Assembly: GCA_029953675.1 (NCBI GenBank)
Contig: JAMWBK010000009.1
Span: 1,612,001-1,676,000 of the forward strand
Reading direction: 5' to 3'
From: Rhodosorus marinus CCMP1338
Taxonomy: Eukaryota > Plantae > Rhodophyta
Length of the DNA stretch: 64,000 bases
A program made the position numbers and the translations under genes. How positions within the stretch are numbered: position 1 is the stretch's first letter; every line of letters starts with the position of its first letter. The notes below the pieces were generated by a model. That model was given only the letters and a program-made list of their open reading frames with translations. It ran no database searches and had not been told where the DNA came from. Of this stretch, positions 62,023 through 64,000 are shown piece by piece.

Positions 62023-64000
62023 TTTTCCAAACTTCAACAATGACAACGTCAACTCTCAAAATCTCTGCTCAAATAACCCTCACAAACAACAACAACAACA
62101 CGTTCTTCCTTTATCACTCTATCTTACTCACAACGGTATCATACACACAACTCAGTCGCTCACGACCTTCCGTCCTCCCTCTACCCGAAGTCAGATATGA
62201 AGCCTTTTATTATGTACTCACAAAAGCCCCTCGGCCTAGAATCCAGGTTTTTCCTTTCACTCTGCTGACGGGATGACAATTAAGATATCTCCAATAATAC
62301 CTATCCAACTCCTTTCCACCCCCGCCCCCTCCCTCTCTCACGACCACGGCGGGTGGGAACATCCAGCTTCACTATTGTCTTCAAAAATTTAGTTCTTTTA
62401 TCTTTTTTGGAGGAAATCTAAGGAAAGCCATGTTCGATGAGCAACTTACCCCAGGGGTCGAGACCAGGCGTCACGCTCCCCAAGCACTTGGGTTGGATTT
62501 TGTTTTTGGTTTTCGAACTTTTTCGCATTTAGGAGCGGATTTTCTTTTGTTTTTCTGGGCACGGCAACGACCAGCCATAATTCGATGCGAAGCTTCTCAC
62601 ATCTTCCTGAGCATTGCTGTTTGTCCGTAGAAAATTGAACCGTTCACTGGCAGAGCACTGACACCCCCGAGTATGCGCTTCCCCGCGCTTTTACCTTAAA
62701 ACTTTCCCCCCTCCCCCTTTCAAAATTCTTGCAAATGATCGCCTGCACGGTGTTGGGTACCAACCCCCCCCTACACTTGCCAGAGCTGCATGTCTTCTTC
62801 GGAGCCAACCAACCCGTATCAACTACGTGCAAAATTTCGACCACTAGTATTTGACCTCCTAGAGCCACTCTTTTCTATATTAGGCAAAAAGTCTTTTAAT
62901 GGGGAAGAAACGTAGAATTGAAATCTAAAAGTTAGTTGAAATGAAATTACTTGTCTTTTGACTCTAGATTTGGAACCACTTATGTTTCAAAACACGCATC
63001 GCTCGAATTATGGATTCGCACTAAATAACGAACCCCGGTAGGGGTGACCAACATTCCTCCAGGAATCGAATCGATCTCTGAGGGGTAGGTTCTTGATGAG
63101 ATTGACCGTACACATTGATCCTCGTGTATTCTTGTCGCAAAACTGAGCTGACTACTATATTGTTCGATGGGATGAATTTGAAAAACTACAAAAATAGCCT
63201 TCCACCCGTGGGCTCCACCTTCCTCGAAAGGAATTTTTGATTCGTCGTCACAGTATACAAGATAAAGTAATTTATGTTTCAGTGCTGAGCTGGTCTGCAG
63301 AAGCGACGACCAAATTCAGTCTGGGGGGTTCGGCTAGGGTATCTGCCCGGAGATACTTCGTATATCAAAGATATACTGGGTTATGTGTAATATTTTTTTG
63401 ATCCTCACATTTTTTCCCCCCTTCGTACCATTGTGTTTCACAGCTTACACCCCTATAGCGTACAATTATATTCAACTCATTGATTATACTTCGCAATAAA
63501 CCCCGCTCGGACAAATCCAGGAATAAGTGGGTAGTGGATATGGCCGTAGAGGGGTCTGCAGAAGCCGAGACCAGGAAAATTCAAGAAGTCCCAGGGGTGC
63601 CAGGATTGGTACACTTTACCAGCACAGGACACCAAACAGAGAAAAAAATCAGGGGGTTCTCAGTTTTCAAGAGCGATTTGACCTACATTATTTCTCCAAT
63701 CCTGCCCCGCAGTGAATTGAGAGAAGGCGGATTTTTGCTCGCGTATTATTACTAAATATTTGTTTGTCGTATCTTCATAGCAGCTAACCCCTAAACGGAA
63801 AATGGGACAAACGTATCTTCTACATGACCCACACACTGTCTCTCTCCGACAGTTGGGGGGAGGAATTTCCGATCGGGCTGTGCACCGGTATCTCAATGAT
63901 CGATTCCCTGTTACTACTGGTCCTGAACGGCTGGAGGGTGGCTATTTTCATGTATTACCATATTTTCTGAAACAGAGATGAGAGCCCTCCCACTCCCTCC

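Overview
Eukaryotic nuclear DNA with gene-dense, intron-rich structure (GT-AG introns of about 40-130 bp, often with CTRAC-like branch points). It is most likely a red alga. This is an inference from four plastid enzymes whose transit peptides have no signal peptide and carry an early Phe (MAFV.., MGIGFV.., MVEFGFV.., ..SAAFVP), plus CruP, GT77 and a DHU1-like gene. About 15 protein genes are supported: a tandem COG0523/CobW fusion, long-form Pta, DHU1-like LRR-WD40, GT77, TAF4, plastid PGDH, a giant multi-ASH/Ig-like protein, Pus3, an ICE1-like protein, NMT, TAF9, plastid FabG, a membrane-anchored histidine phosphatase, CruP and a MARVEL protein. There is also a 5'-truncated, frameshifted CRE-clade non-LTR retrotransposon and a heavily decayed LINE relic. 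No tRNA, rRNA or CRISPR features were recognised. The most notable observations are four. (1) A splice-joined protein pairs a dead YciC-type COG0523 module with an intact one. (2) The neighbouring, convergent Pta has lost both CoA-binding arginines and the catalytic serine. (3) The CRE element is bracketed by an exact 20-bp telomere-like direct repeat. (4) A roughly 3,000-aa HYDIN-like ASH-repeat protein occurs in a probably aflagellate organism. All exon boundaries and family calls were made by eye and from remembered motifs, with no searches run.
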